Source: Candidatus Eiseniibacteriota bacterium (GTDB lineage: Bacteria; Eisenbacteria; RBG-16-71-46; JACRLI01). From it: 18,075 nt of DNA. Made by a program: the position numbers and the translations under genes. Below, piece by piece: positions 1 through 7,311 of this stretch. The stretch spans positions 1-18,075 of the forward strand of contig JANXVU010000140.1 in assembly GCA_025351485.1 (NCBI GenBank), in the 5' to 3' direction. The notes under the pieces were generated by a model. It did no database searches and was not told where the DNA came from. It saw only the letters and a program-made list of their open reading frames with translations. Within the stretch, counting starts at the first letter, position 1. The number at the start of each line of letters is the position of its first letter.

Positions 1-1401
1 GAGATCGCCAAGCAGCAGAAGTCGCTGGCCGACCAGATGGAAAAGAGCGCGCAGGACCCTGGCTCCAAGCAGGATAGCCAGCAGTCCAAGGAAGAGGCCC
101 GGAAGCAGGCCGATCTGCAGAAGCAGACCCAGCAACTGGCCAAGGACGTGGAGCAACTGAAGAAGGACATTGCCGAGCAGTCCAAGCCCGCCGCCAGCAA
201 GATGGACGAGGCGCAGAAGGAAATGGAGCAGAACGCCGAGAAGGAAATGGAGCAGGCGCAGCAGGAGCCGCAGGAGGAGCAGCCGCCGTCCGAGCAGCCC
301 CCGAGCCCTTCCAGCAAGGGCTCCAAGTCGCAGAAGAGCAAGCCGCAGCATGCCAAGGCCGCGCACCAGTCCATGTCCAAGGCGTCCCAGGATCTGCGCG
401 CCGCCCAGCAGATGATGGAGCAGGACAGCAACGAGGAACTGGCGAAAAAGGTGCGCCAGGCCGCGCGCGACCTGGTGGGAGTCTCCGGCAAGCAGAGCGA
501 GTTGAACCACGTCGAGGCTCCGGGCGGCGACATGGCCCGCGAGCAGCAGTCCCTGGTGGACGGCATGGGCCAGGTGGTCTCGCAGCTCCAGAAGGCCGAG
601 CAGACCTACGGGCCGCTGCCGCCATCCCTCATGCGCAGCCTGGGCGAGGCCATGCGCAGCATGCAGGGCTCCAAAGACTTGTTCGAGAAGGGCAACACGT
701 TTGCCGGCCGTTCGCTGGGCGAAGAGGCGCAGGCCGGAGTGAGCAAGACGGTGGTGGGCATGCTGGATGCGGCCTCATCGATGTGCCAGAACGGCGGCAA
801 GGGCCAGGGCGCTGGCAAGAAGCCCGGGCCGGCGCAGCGCATGTCGGGCCTGAGCCAGGCGCAGGGCGAGATCAACCGCACCACCGAACAAATGATGAAG
901 CAGGGTTCGCAGCGCCAGCAAGGCGGCAAGCCGCAGCCCCAGCCCGGCAACATGGGGGCCGGAAGCAACCAGATGACCCCATCGGAGCTGGCCGCCCAGC
1001 AGGACGCCGTGCGCCAGGGCATCCAGGACCTGGCCCGCGAGCAGGCGAAAAAGAAGACCATGCTGGGCGACCTGAACAACCTGGCCGACCAGATGAAGAA
1101 GGTGGCCGACGACATGGCCAACAACAAGGTCACCGGGGAAACGGTGGACATGGAGCACAAGATCCTTTCGCGCATGCTGGACGCGCAGCGCTCCATCAAC
1201 CGTCGCGACAAGGACCCCGAGCGCTGGTCGCGCCCGGGCGAGGCGATCGCGCGCCGCGCCCCGGGGGCTCTTCCGGCCGGCCTCACCGACAAGAAGCAGC
1301 GCAGCGGCCTCGACCTCTTGCGCGATCGCCGCGACCCCGTCCCGCCGCCCTACCAGCCGGCCGTCGAGCAGTACTTCCGCAACCTTCCCTCCGGGAGGTA
1401 G
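1..1401 (+). CDS. 3' part of a larger low-complexity coiled-coil protein, rich in Q/E/K and G/S/P. The reading frame is open from base 1, so the start lies upstream of the window. It may be the C-terminal region of a DUF4175/TIGR02302-like Gln/Gly-rich envelope protein (tentative).
   Basis: Frame 1 is open from base 1 to the TAG at 1399-1401. The listed ATG at 37 is internal. There is strong heptad-like charged and Q-rich composition (QKEMEQ/EKEMEQ in-frame tandem at 208-255). The S/P-rich tract is PPSEQPPSPSSKGSKSQKSK and the Q/G-rich tract is QGSQRQQGGKPQPQPGNMGAG. The conserved-looking C-terminal tail is PPPYQPAVEQYFRNL. The next gene starts 11 bp downstream. Confidence 0.6.
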   Translation, partial: EIAKQQKSLADQMEKSAQDPGSKQDSQQSKEEARKQADLQKQTQQLAKDVEQLKKDIAEQSKPAASKMDEAQKEMEQNAEKEMEQAQQEPQEEQPPSEQPPSPSSKGSKSQKSKPQHAKAAHQSMSKASQDLRAAQQMMEQDSNEELAKKVRQAARDLVGVSGKQSELNHVEAPGGDMAREQQSLVDGMGQVVSQLQKAEQTYGPLPPSLMRSLGEAMRSMQGSKDLFEKGNTFAGRSLGEEAQAGVSKTVVGMLDAASSMCQNGGKGQGAGKKPGPAQRMSGLSQAQGEINRTTEQMMKQGSQRQQGGKPQPQPGNMGAGSNQMTPSELAAQQDAVRQGIQDLAREQAKKKTMLGDLNNLADQMKKVADDMANNKVTGETVDMEHKILSRMLDAQRSINRRDKDPERWSRPGEAIARRAPGALPAGLTDKKQRSGLDLLRDRRDPVPPPYQPAVEQYFRNLPSGR

Positions 1402-1412
1402 CCTCCATTCTC

Positions 1413-2990
1413 ATGCGACCCAACCGGCTCATCCTGGCCGCGGCGCTGGCATCCGCGCTGGCCTTTCCCGCGCCCGCGCCCGCGCGTTCGCTGGACGAGG
1501 CCCAGGGCGACATCTTCCAGGCGGAAGCGATGCTGATCTCGCGCCAGTACCAGGGCGCCTACGATCACTACCGGCTGTTGTACGCCGAATTCCCGACCTT
1601 GGACCGCATCGTGGACGGATACGTACGCACGCTCGCCCCCATGCACAAGTGGGATGAGCTGCGGCCGCTGGTGTTGCAGGAACGTGAACGCCGCCACGCC
1701 GCGCTGCTCTACGGCCGCGAGCTGGCCGCCGCCGTGCGCGCGCAAGGTTTCCCGGAGCAGGCCCTGGAAGAAAACCTGCTGTGGTGGATCGGGCGCCCCG
1801 ACGACCGCGCCGCCGCCGCCGTGTCCGACACCATCCTGCTGGAGACCAACTACTCCGAGGCCGCCATGGCCACGGTCAAGCGCGTGAGCCGACAGGCGCC
1901 CAAGTTTTTCGACCTGCGCCGGCTCTACATCCGGGTGCTGGCCGTTTCCGGGCGCGGCGCCGCGGCCCGCGAGGAAGCCGCCCAGTTGGACCGCGAGAAC
2001 CGCACCCAGGGGCGCAACCTGATGGAACTGGCCAACGGACTTTCCGAGGAACACCCGATGGACGCGGTGCTGGCCGCTGAGGCGCTGGTGAAGGAGTTTC
2101 CGAGCTCGCCCCTGGCCGACGAAGCGCGGCTGGCCCGGGGGCGGTGGCTGCGCGGCACCAGCCGCTGGAGCGACGCCAAGTCCGATCTTCAGGAGCTGGC
2201 CCGGCAGCACCCCACGGAGGGCGTTGGGGTGAAGGCGATGCTGCTGCTCACCGAAGGGGACATCCCGGCCGATCCCGCCGCCGCCAGGACCAACGCCCAG
2301 AACATCGCGCAGCGGTTTCCCGAGGCGCTGGGCGCTTCGAACCGGGTGGTGGGGCTGAGCTATCAGTACGAGGGCCGCTATGGAGACGCCGCGCGCGCGT
2401 TCATGCTGGAAGCCCGCGGGCAGGTGGATCCCGCCGCCCGCAGGTACGCTCTCTGGAACACCGCCGAGAGCTACTTTTACGCCACCGAATGGGATTCCGC
2501 CAGCAAGGTCTACAAGATGGTCGCGCTCAAGTACGTGAACGATCCGCTGGGCCACGAAGCCCTGGAGCGCATGCTGCTCCTGGCCGATGCGGAAGAAGAC
2601 GGCGACGCGCTCAAGTCCTACGCGTCCGCGTCCGCGCTGGCGCTGCGCGATCCGGCCCGCGCCGACACCGCGCTGCAGGCGGTACACACTCGGTTCCCGA
2701 AGAAGATCTCCGGCATGGAGGCGCTGTTCCAGGTGGCCGCGCTGCGCCAGAAAAAGGGCGACGTGGCCGAGGCGCTGCGCCTGTACGGGGAGGTCGCCGA
2801 TTCCGCGGCGCAGGCGCCCCGGGCGCCCGAAGCCCTGTACCAGTCCGCCGAGCTCCAGCGCACACGGCTGGCGCAGCCGCGCCGCGCCATCGAGCTTTAC
2901 TCTGAAGTGGTCACGCGCTTCCCGGACTCCTGGCGCGCGCCGGATGCCCGCAAGTGGATGGAAAAGCTTCGCAGGGAGGTGGGGTCGTGA
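1413..2990 (+). CDS. Secreted or periplasmic repeat protein (TPR-like/alpha-solenoid) with an N-terminal signal peptide.
   Basis: ATG at 1413 is in frame with the long ORF 783..2990. The N-terminus MRPNRLILAAALASALAFPAPAPA|RS is a classic Sec signal. The rest is Ala/Leu/Arg-rich helical repeat sequence. The start is 11 bp after the upstream stop. Its stop TGA (2988-2990) overlaps the next gene's GTG start (GTGA). Confidence 0.6.
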   Translation: MRPNRLILAAALASALAFPAPAPARSLDEAQGDIFQAEAMLISRQYQGAYDHYRLLYAEFPTLDRIVDGYVRTLAPMHKWDELRPLVLQERERRHAALLYGRELAAAVRAQGFPEQALEENLLWWIGRPDDRAAAAVSDTILLETNYSEAAMATVKRVSRQAPKFFDLRRLYIRVLAVSGRGAAAREEAAQLDRENRTQGRNLMELANGLSEEHPMDAVLAAEALVKEFPSSPLADEARLARGRWLRGTSRWSDAKSDLQELARQHPTEGVGVKAMLLLTEGDIPADPAAARTNAQNIAQRFPEALGASNRVVGLSYQYEGRYGDAARAFMLEARGQVDPAARRYALWNTAESYFYATEWDSASKVYKMVALKYVNDPLGHEALERMLLLADAEEDGDALKSYASASALALRDPARADTALQAVHTRFPKKISGMEALFQVAALRQKKGDVAEALRLYGEVADSAAQAPRAPEALYQSAELQRTRLAQPRRAIELYSEVVTRFPDSWRAPDARKWMEKLRREVGS

Positions 2991-4243
2991 TCCGCAAACT
3001 TTTCATGGCTCTGTTCGCGCTCGCGCTTGTCACGCGCGCCGCCGGAGCCGTCATCCTGATTCCCATGGACGACAAGCAGACCGACCACCTGCGCGCCTAC
3101 GGCCTGGCCTACTGGCTGCTCCAGCACAACCAGCGCGTGGACTGGCTGCTGAACTACCGCGGCGGCTCGTTCCTGGTGCCGGTCGACTACGAGGGCACGC
3201 TGCGCGAGGCCACGCTCCGCGGCGTGACCGCCATGAACATCTCCGACGGGGACGTGGCCGACATCCAGGCCACCATCGCCGGGAACAACATGGAAAGTGT
3301 GAAGATGGAAAAGGCGCCCCGCATCGCCGTGTACGTGCCGCCCAACACCGTGCCATGGGACGACGCGGTGACGCTGGTCTTGACCTACGCGCAGATCCCG
3401 TACATCTCCCTGTGGGACGAAGAAGTCATGCACGGCGACCTGGCCAAGTACGACTGGCTGCACCTGCACCACGAGGACTTCACCGCCCAGTACGGCAAGT
3501 TCTGGCTGGGCTACAACCAGGCCGACTGGTACAAGCACCAGGTGGAAGTGAACGAGGACATGGCGCACCGGCTGGGCTTCGCCAAGGTCTCGGCGCTCAA
3601 GCACGGGGTGGTGGAAAAGATCCGCACCTACGTGGCCGGCGGCGGCTTCATGTTCGCCATGTGCTCGGCCACCGACACCTACGACCTGGCGCTGGCCAGC
3701 GAGGGCGTGGATGTGTGCGCGCAGATCTACGACGGCGATCCGGCCGATCCCAACGTCAACGCCAAGCTGGACTTCAGCAAGACCTTCGCCTTCCAGAACT
3801 TCGAGTTCCAGATGAACCCGCTGCTCTACCAGTTCTCGGACATCGACGTCACCCAGGAGGCCGCCGCGCGCGGACAGGACAGCTACTTCACGCTGTTCGA
3901 GTTTTCCGCCAAGGAAGACCCGGTGCCCACCATGCTCACCCAGGACCACGTGAATGCCGTAGGCGAATTTCTGGGCCAGAACACCGGTTTCCGCAAGCGC
4001 GTGGTCAAGCCCAGCGTGACCATCCTGGGCTCGGTGGAGGGCACCGACGAGGTCAAGTATCTGCATGGACAATACGGCCGCGGCACGTTTACCTTCTTTG
4101 GCGGGCACGATCCCGAGGACTGGCAGCACATGGTGGGCGATCCCCCCACCGACCTGAGCCTGCACAAGAACTCGCCGGGCTACCGCCTGATCCTGAACAA
4201 CGTGCTGTTCCCTGCGGCGGAAAAGAAGAAGCAGAAGACTTGA
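2987..4243 (+). CDS. Secreted protein with a putative class-I glutamine amidotransferase-like (DJ-1/PfpI/ThuA-like) domain. Family uncertain, possibly DUF4159-like.
   Basis: GGGAGG at 2975-2980 lies 6 nt upstream of the GTG at 2987. The alternative start is ATG 3005. The signal peptide is MALFALALVTRAAGA|VIL. The motif KYDWLHLHHEDF followed by KIRTYVAGGGFMFAMCSATD looks like the strand-nucleophile-elbow (G-x-C-x) arrangement of GATase1-like folds. It ends in a Lys-rich tail (AAEKKKQKT). Confidence 0.5.
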   Translation: MIRKLFMALFALALVTRAAGAVILIPMDDKQTDHLRAYGLAYWLLQHNQRVDWLLNYRGGSFLVPVDYEGTLREATLRGVTAMNISDGDVADIQATIAGNNMESVKMEKAPRIAVYVPPNTVPWDDAVTLVLTYAQIPYISLWDEEVMHGDLAKYDWLHLHHEDFTAQYGKFWLGYNQADWYKHQVEVNEDMAHRLGFAKVSALKHGVVEKIRTYVAGGGFMFAMCSATDTYDLALASEGVDVCAQIYDGDPADPNVNAKLDFSKTFAFQNFEFQMNPLLYQFSDIDVTQEAAARGQDSYFTLFEFSAKEDPVPTMLTQDHVNAVGEFLGQNTGFRKRVVKPSVTILGSVEGTDEVKYLHGQYGRGTFTFFGGHDPEDWQHMVGDPPTDLSLHKNSPGYRLILNNVLFPAAEKKKQKT

Positions 4244-4287
4244 TGCCGCGCCGGCCGTGAGGGCCGGGGCCGCCCGGAGGCCGCGGA

Positions 4288-4824
4288 TTGAACACGCTCT
4301 TCCCCAACCACCCCGCTTTTGTCCACTTCCCGCTCGGCCTGCTGGCCGGGGCGTTCCTCTTTGAGTTGCTGGGCCTGATCTTCAAGAAGCCTGCGCTCCA
4401 CGACATCGGACGCGCCAATCTGTTCCTGGGCACGCTGGCCGCGCTGGTGGCCGTCGGCACCGGGCTGTGGGGTGTTGGGCTGGTGACGCCCAAGCCGCAC
4501 GAGCTCGAGAAGCTGATCGACACCCACCAGTCCCTGGCCTTTGCCGGCGCCTCGCTGGCGGTGGTGATGTGCATGTGGCGGGTGTCCCTGCGCAAGAAAT
4601 ACGAGGGCGGCGCCCGGGCGATGTTCGTGGCCGGGCTGGGAGCGCTCGCCGCGCTGATCCTGTTCACCGGCCACCTGGGCGGCCGGATGGTGTACGAGCA
4701 CGGCGCCGCGGTCACGGTGGGCAAGCGGTCGTTCGGCTCGCCCGCGCTTCCCAAAGAAAGTCTGCCGGTCACTGCGCCGGACGCCGCTGGAGCCGCCCCG
4801 GCCGACAGCCAGGTCGCGCACTAA
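4288..4824 (+). CDS. Small polytopic membrane protein, DUF2231-like (HPxxVHFP motif).
   Basis: TTG start at 4288 with GGAGG 9 nt upstream. There is no in-frame ATG near the N-terminus. The N-terminus reads NHPAFVHFPLGLLAGAFLFELLGLIF. About four hydrophobic helices are present. It ends at TAA 4822-4824, immediately followed by the ATG of the next gene. Confidence 0.5.
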   Translation: MNTLFPNHPAFVHFPLGLLAGAFLFELLGLIFKKPALHDIGRANLFLGTLAALVAVGTGLWGVGLVTPKPHELEKLIDTHQSLAFAGASLAVVMCMWRVSLRKKYEGGARAMFVAGLGALAALILFTGHLGGRMVYEHGAAVTVGKRSFGSPALPKESLPVTAPDAAGAAPADSQVAH

Positions 4825-6342
4825 ATGGGCACCGCCCCGACCGCTCCGCCCAGGGGCGGGATATTTCCAACCCTCGCCGAGCTCCTCGATCCGCGCGCTC
4901 CATTCCTGGTCCCACTCATCCTCACGCTCCTCTCCCGCGCCTTTTTCTGGATCAGGCTTCCGCTGGCTTCCGAGGACGCCTACATCACGTTCCGCTACGC
5001 CCGCAACCTGGCCGAGGGGCACGGCGCCGTCTACAACCTCGGGGAGCGGGTCATGGGCTACTCCTCGCCGCTCTGGACCAAGTGGAGCGCGCTGGGCATC
5101 TTGTTGATCCACGATCCGGTGACGTGGTCGCGGGTCTCGTCTCTGGGAATGGACGCGCTCACCATCCTGGTGGTGGGCGCGATGCTTCGGCGCGCCTACG
5201 GGAATGGCTCCGCATGGGCGTTCACGTTCTTCTTTGCCGCATGGCCGTACTTCGCCGCCATGTCGGCCTCGGGCATGGAGGTCAATGCCATGCTGGCGCT
5301 GATCGCCGTCACGGCGGCGGCCATCGCGTCGGGCTCCCCGCCGACCGGCCTGCTCCTGGGGATGGTGGCGGTCATGCGCCCGGAAGGCATGGTGGCGGCG
5401 CTCGTGCTGGGCGTGGGCGCGAAGAATCGCGACCGCCTGATCGCGCTGGGCTTGATCGCGGTCGCCCTGTTCGGGACCTGGCTCTACTACGGATCCATCA
5501 TCCCGCAGAGCGTCCTGGCCAAGTCCGCGCTCTACGGCACGCCCGGCCCGTGGGCGGGGCGGTTCTGGTGGGAGTGGGCGCTGCCCTTTCCGATGGGCCG
5601 CTGGCCGATCCTGGCCGAGGGAAACCAGATCTTCTTCCTGGCCGTGCTCCTGGCGCCCGCCGCGTGGATGGGTGCGCGGGCCGTGTGGGTGGAGCGTCGC
5701 GGGCCGGTGGCGCTTTCGGCGGGCGCGCTGATCGCAGTTTGGCTGGGATATGCGGCGGTGGGGGTGGCCTACTTTCCGTGGTACTTCCTGGCGCCGCTCT
5801 CGGGCGTGGCGCTGCTCGCGGCGGTGGGGCTTCCGAGACTGGCGCAGGGCCGCGCCATCCCCATCGCGTGCGCGCTGTACGTTCTGGGCGCGTGGTCGGT
5901 GGTCCCCATGTTCTACCTGGGGCGAGCACAGCACGAGCAGGTGGCTTTCAGCGGTGTGGCCGGCTACCTGGCGCAGAACGCCCATCCGGGCGATGCCGTG
6001 ATGCTGGAGCCGATCGGGCTGGTGGGCTACCGCGCGAACGTGCGGATCATCGACGAGGTGGGGCTGGTATCCCCGCACGTGGTGAAGCGGCGCCTCCAGG
6101 GCGACGGCTGGTACACCGACCTGGTGGCATCGGAAAAGCCCCGGTGGCTGGTGGTGCGGCGCGCCGAATTGGAGGGCGCGCAGGGATTCGCGGGCAAGGG
6201 ACAGCCGTTCCGCAGCCGCGTCGAGCGCGACTCGGTCTTCGCCGGTTACGACTTTTTGAAGGAAGTCGGGGAAGAGGAAGGCGCGCAGGCGATGCTGGTG
6301 TTTCGAAAGAAGGGCGCCGCCGCGGCGATCCAGGCACCGTGA
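4825..6342 (+). CDS. GT-C-fold polytopic membrane glycosyltransferase (PMT/ArnT-like, polyprenyl-phosphate-sugar dependent) with a C-terminal soluble domain.
   Basis: The ATG abuts the upstream TAA with a 0 bp gap. The first periplasmic loop motif PLASEDAYITFRYARNLAEGHG resembles the acidic-residue loop-1 motif of GT-C enzymes. About 10 TM helices occupy residues 1-360, followed by a hydrophilic domain of about 140 aa. Confidence 0.55.
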   Translation: MGTAPTAPPRGGIFPTLAELLDPRAPFLVPLILTLLSRAFFWIRLPLASEDAYITFRYARNLAEGHGAVYNLGERVMGYSSPLWTKWSALGILLIHDPVTWSRVSSLGMDALTILVVGAMLRRAYGNGSAWAFTFFFAAWPYFAAMSASGMEVNAMLALIAVTAAAIASGSPPTGLLLGMVAVMRPEGMVAALVLGVGAKNRDRLIALGLIAVALFGTWLYYGSIIPQSVLAKSALYGTPGPWAGRFWWEWALPFPMGRWPILAEGNQIFFLAVLLAPAAWMGARAVWVERRGPVALSAGALIAVWLGYAAVGVAYFPWYFLAPLSGVALLAAVGLPRLAQGRAIPIACALYVLGAWSVVPMFYLGRAQHEQVAFSGVAGYLAQNAHPGDAVMLEPIGLVGYRANVRIIDEVGLVSPHVVKRRLQGDGWYTDLVASEKPRWLVVRRAELEGAQGFAGKGQPFRSRVERDSVFAGYDFLKEVGEEEGAQAMLVFRKKGAAAAIQAP

Positions 6343-6364
6343 CGCCGCAGAGCAGGCCGGCCCG

Positions 6365-6847
6365 CTAGGACCGCCGCCGCATCTGGCTCACGAACAGGAA
6401 TTCGTGGCGGCCGCCGTGGGCGGTGGACTCTTCCGCGGTGCGCAGTGACCGGCCCAGCGCAAACCACATCCACGCGCTGCAGCCCCCGAGCGCCAGCGTC
6501 CAGGCACTGGCGAAGATCCCCCACGGGCTGAGCCCCCGCACCAGCAACATGCAGAACACGGTGACCAGGCACATCCCCCACTGCAGGGCCAGCAGCACCA
6601 CCGTGAGCCGCCGAGAACCGATGGACGACTGCACCGCCTGGTCCAGCTGCAGGCTCAGGCCTTCCAGCCGGGAACGGATGGGCACCAGCTCCAGGCTCTT
6701 TTCCAGCACGTTGAGCCGCTCGCGGTTCAGGTCCTGGATCCGCTCGTAGAGCCGCTCGGTGCGGCGCGCCGCGGCGTAGCCCATGAGCGAGGCGCCCACG
6801 GCCAGCAGCTGCAGCATCTCGGGAGGCGGCGGTGGGGCGGAGTTCAT
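6365..6847 (-). CDS. Hypothetical small membrane protein with an N-terminal coiled-coil segment and two C-terminal TM helices.
   Basis: The - strand ATG is at 6847 (CAT on + at 6845-6847), with GGGAG 5 nt upstream on the - strand. The product is MNSAPPPPPEMLQLLAVG... with predicted TM segments LTVVLLALQWGMCLVTVFCMLLV and IFASAWTLALGGCSAWMWFAL. It is convergent with the glycosyltransferase gene. Confidence 0.4.
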   Translation of the reverse strand: MNSAPPPPPEMLQLLAVGASLMGYAAARRTERLYERIQDLNRERLNVLEKSLELVPIRSRLEGLSLQLDQAVQSSIGSRRLTVVLLALQWGMCLVTVFCMLLVRGLSPWGIFASAWTLALGGCSAWMWFALGRSLRTAEESTAHGGRHEFLFVSQMRRRS

Positions 6848-6896
6848 GCGCGCTCCCAGCAAGCGTTCGAATGCGGCCCCGAGGGCGGATTTGAGA

Positions 6897-6947
6897 ACTT
6901 AATGGCCATACCCCGGTTATCGGCGGCCGGGGGAGAAACTTGTCCCC
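6897..6947. promoter_or_regulatory. Candidate operator palindromes in the divergent intergenic region between the - strand membrane protein and the metal-uptake cluster.
   Basis: A perfect 8 bp palindrome ATGGCCAT lies at 6902-6909 (context cttAATGGCCATAcc). An imperfect 18 bp palindrome GGGGAgAAacTTgTCCCC lies at 6930-6947. No match to a known Zur/Mur box consensus could be asserted by eye. Confidence 0.2.
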
Positions 6948-6977
6948 GGCGGAGAAGAATTGGGCTACGCTCCCGAC

Positions 6978-7232
6978 ATGCGAAAATTTCTGGCAGCGAT
7001 CCTGATTTTGCTGGTGGCGCTGGGAGTGGGCCTGAGCCCCTTCCATCACCACGTCAGCGACCAGGGCTGCGACATCTGCAAGGTGCTCACCGCCAGCGGT
7101 CCGGCCCCCGGGCTCCGTGCGGATACTTCGGCCCCGCTCCCGGTTGAATCCTGCTATTTTGTTGCGCCGCAAACAACTCCGGCGATCTTCTCCAAGTGTT
7201 ACGCCCCGCTGCGCGCGCCTCCAGCCGCCTAG
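6978..7232 (+). CDS. Possible small membrane-anchored His/Cys-rich protein (85 aa). Coding status uncertain.
   Basis: The N-terminus MRKFLAAILILLVALGVGLSPFHHHVSDQGCDICKV has a hydrophobic anchor, then HHH and CxxC. Two more Cys lie downstream. No convincing SD is present. The 3' half uses atypical codons for this genome (aca, act, gtt, tgt, tat). It lies directly upstream of the metal-uptake cluster. Confidence 0.25.
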   Translation: MRKFLAAILILLVALGVGLSPFHHHVSDQGCDICKVLTASGPAPGLRADTSAPLPVESCYFVAPQTTPAIFSKCYAPLRAPPAA

Positions 7233-7311
7233 TTATCACCCCACCGTGACCCCGGTCGGGCCCTGCCCGGCACCCTGAAAACACCCCCATATCCATTCTG
7301 GAGGACATCCC

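Noticed and set aside
783-1412. Upstream extension of the TPR ORF to 783 as listed in the track (735 aa).
   Set aside because: The extension is out of frame with and fully inside the upstream low-complexity CDS, and its translation is R/P/G-rich. A signal peptide begins exactly at the ATG at 1413, which sits 11 bp after the upstream stop.
6340-6367. A possible bidirectional terminator between the convergent GT gene and the - strand small gene (GGCCGGCC palindrome).
   Set aside because: The stem is only about 6-8 bp and no U-tract follows on either strand, which is too weak to call.
4467-6368. Alternate-frame + strand ORFs (4467..6368 at 633 aa, 2587..4260 at 557 aa, 2144..2905, 9752..10516, 12230..12883, 16493..17119 and others).
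   Set aside because: They overlap, out of frame, with genes that have strong motif support. Their products are R/G/P/A-rich low-complexity typical of off-frame translation of GC-rich DNA.
6246-7172. A 308 aa - strand ORF spanning the divergent intergenic region.
   Set aside because: It would run across the GT gene end, the small - strand gene (in another frame) and the promoter region. Its R/G/A-rich translation is a GC-frame artefact.
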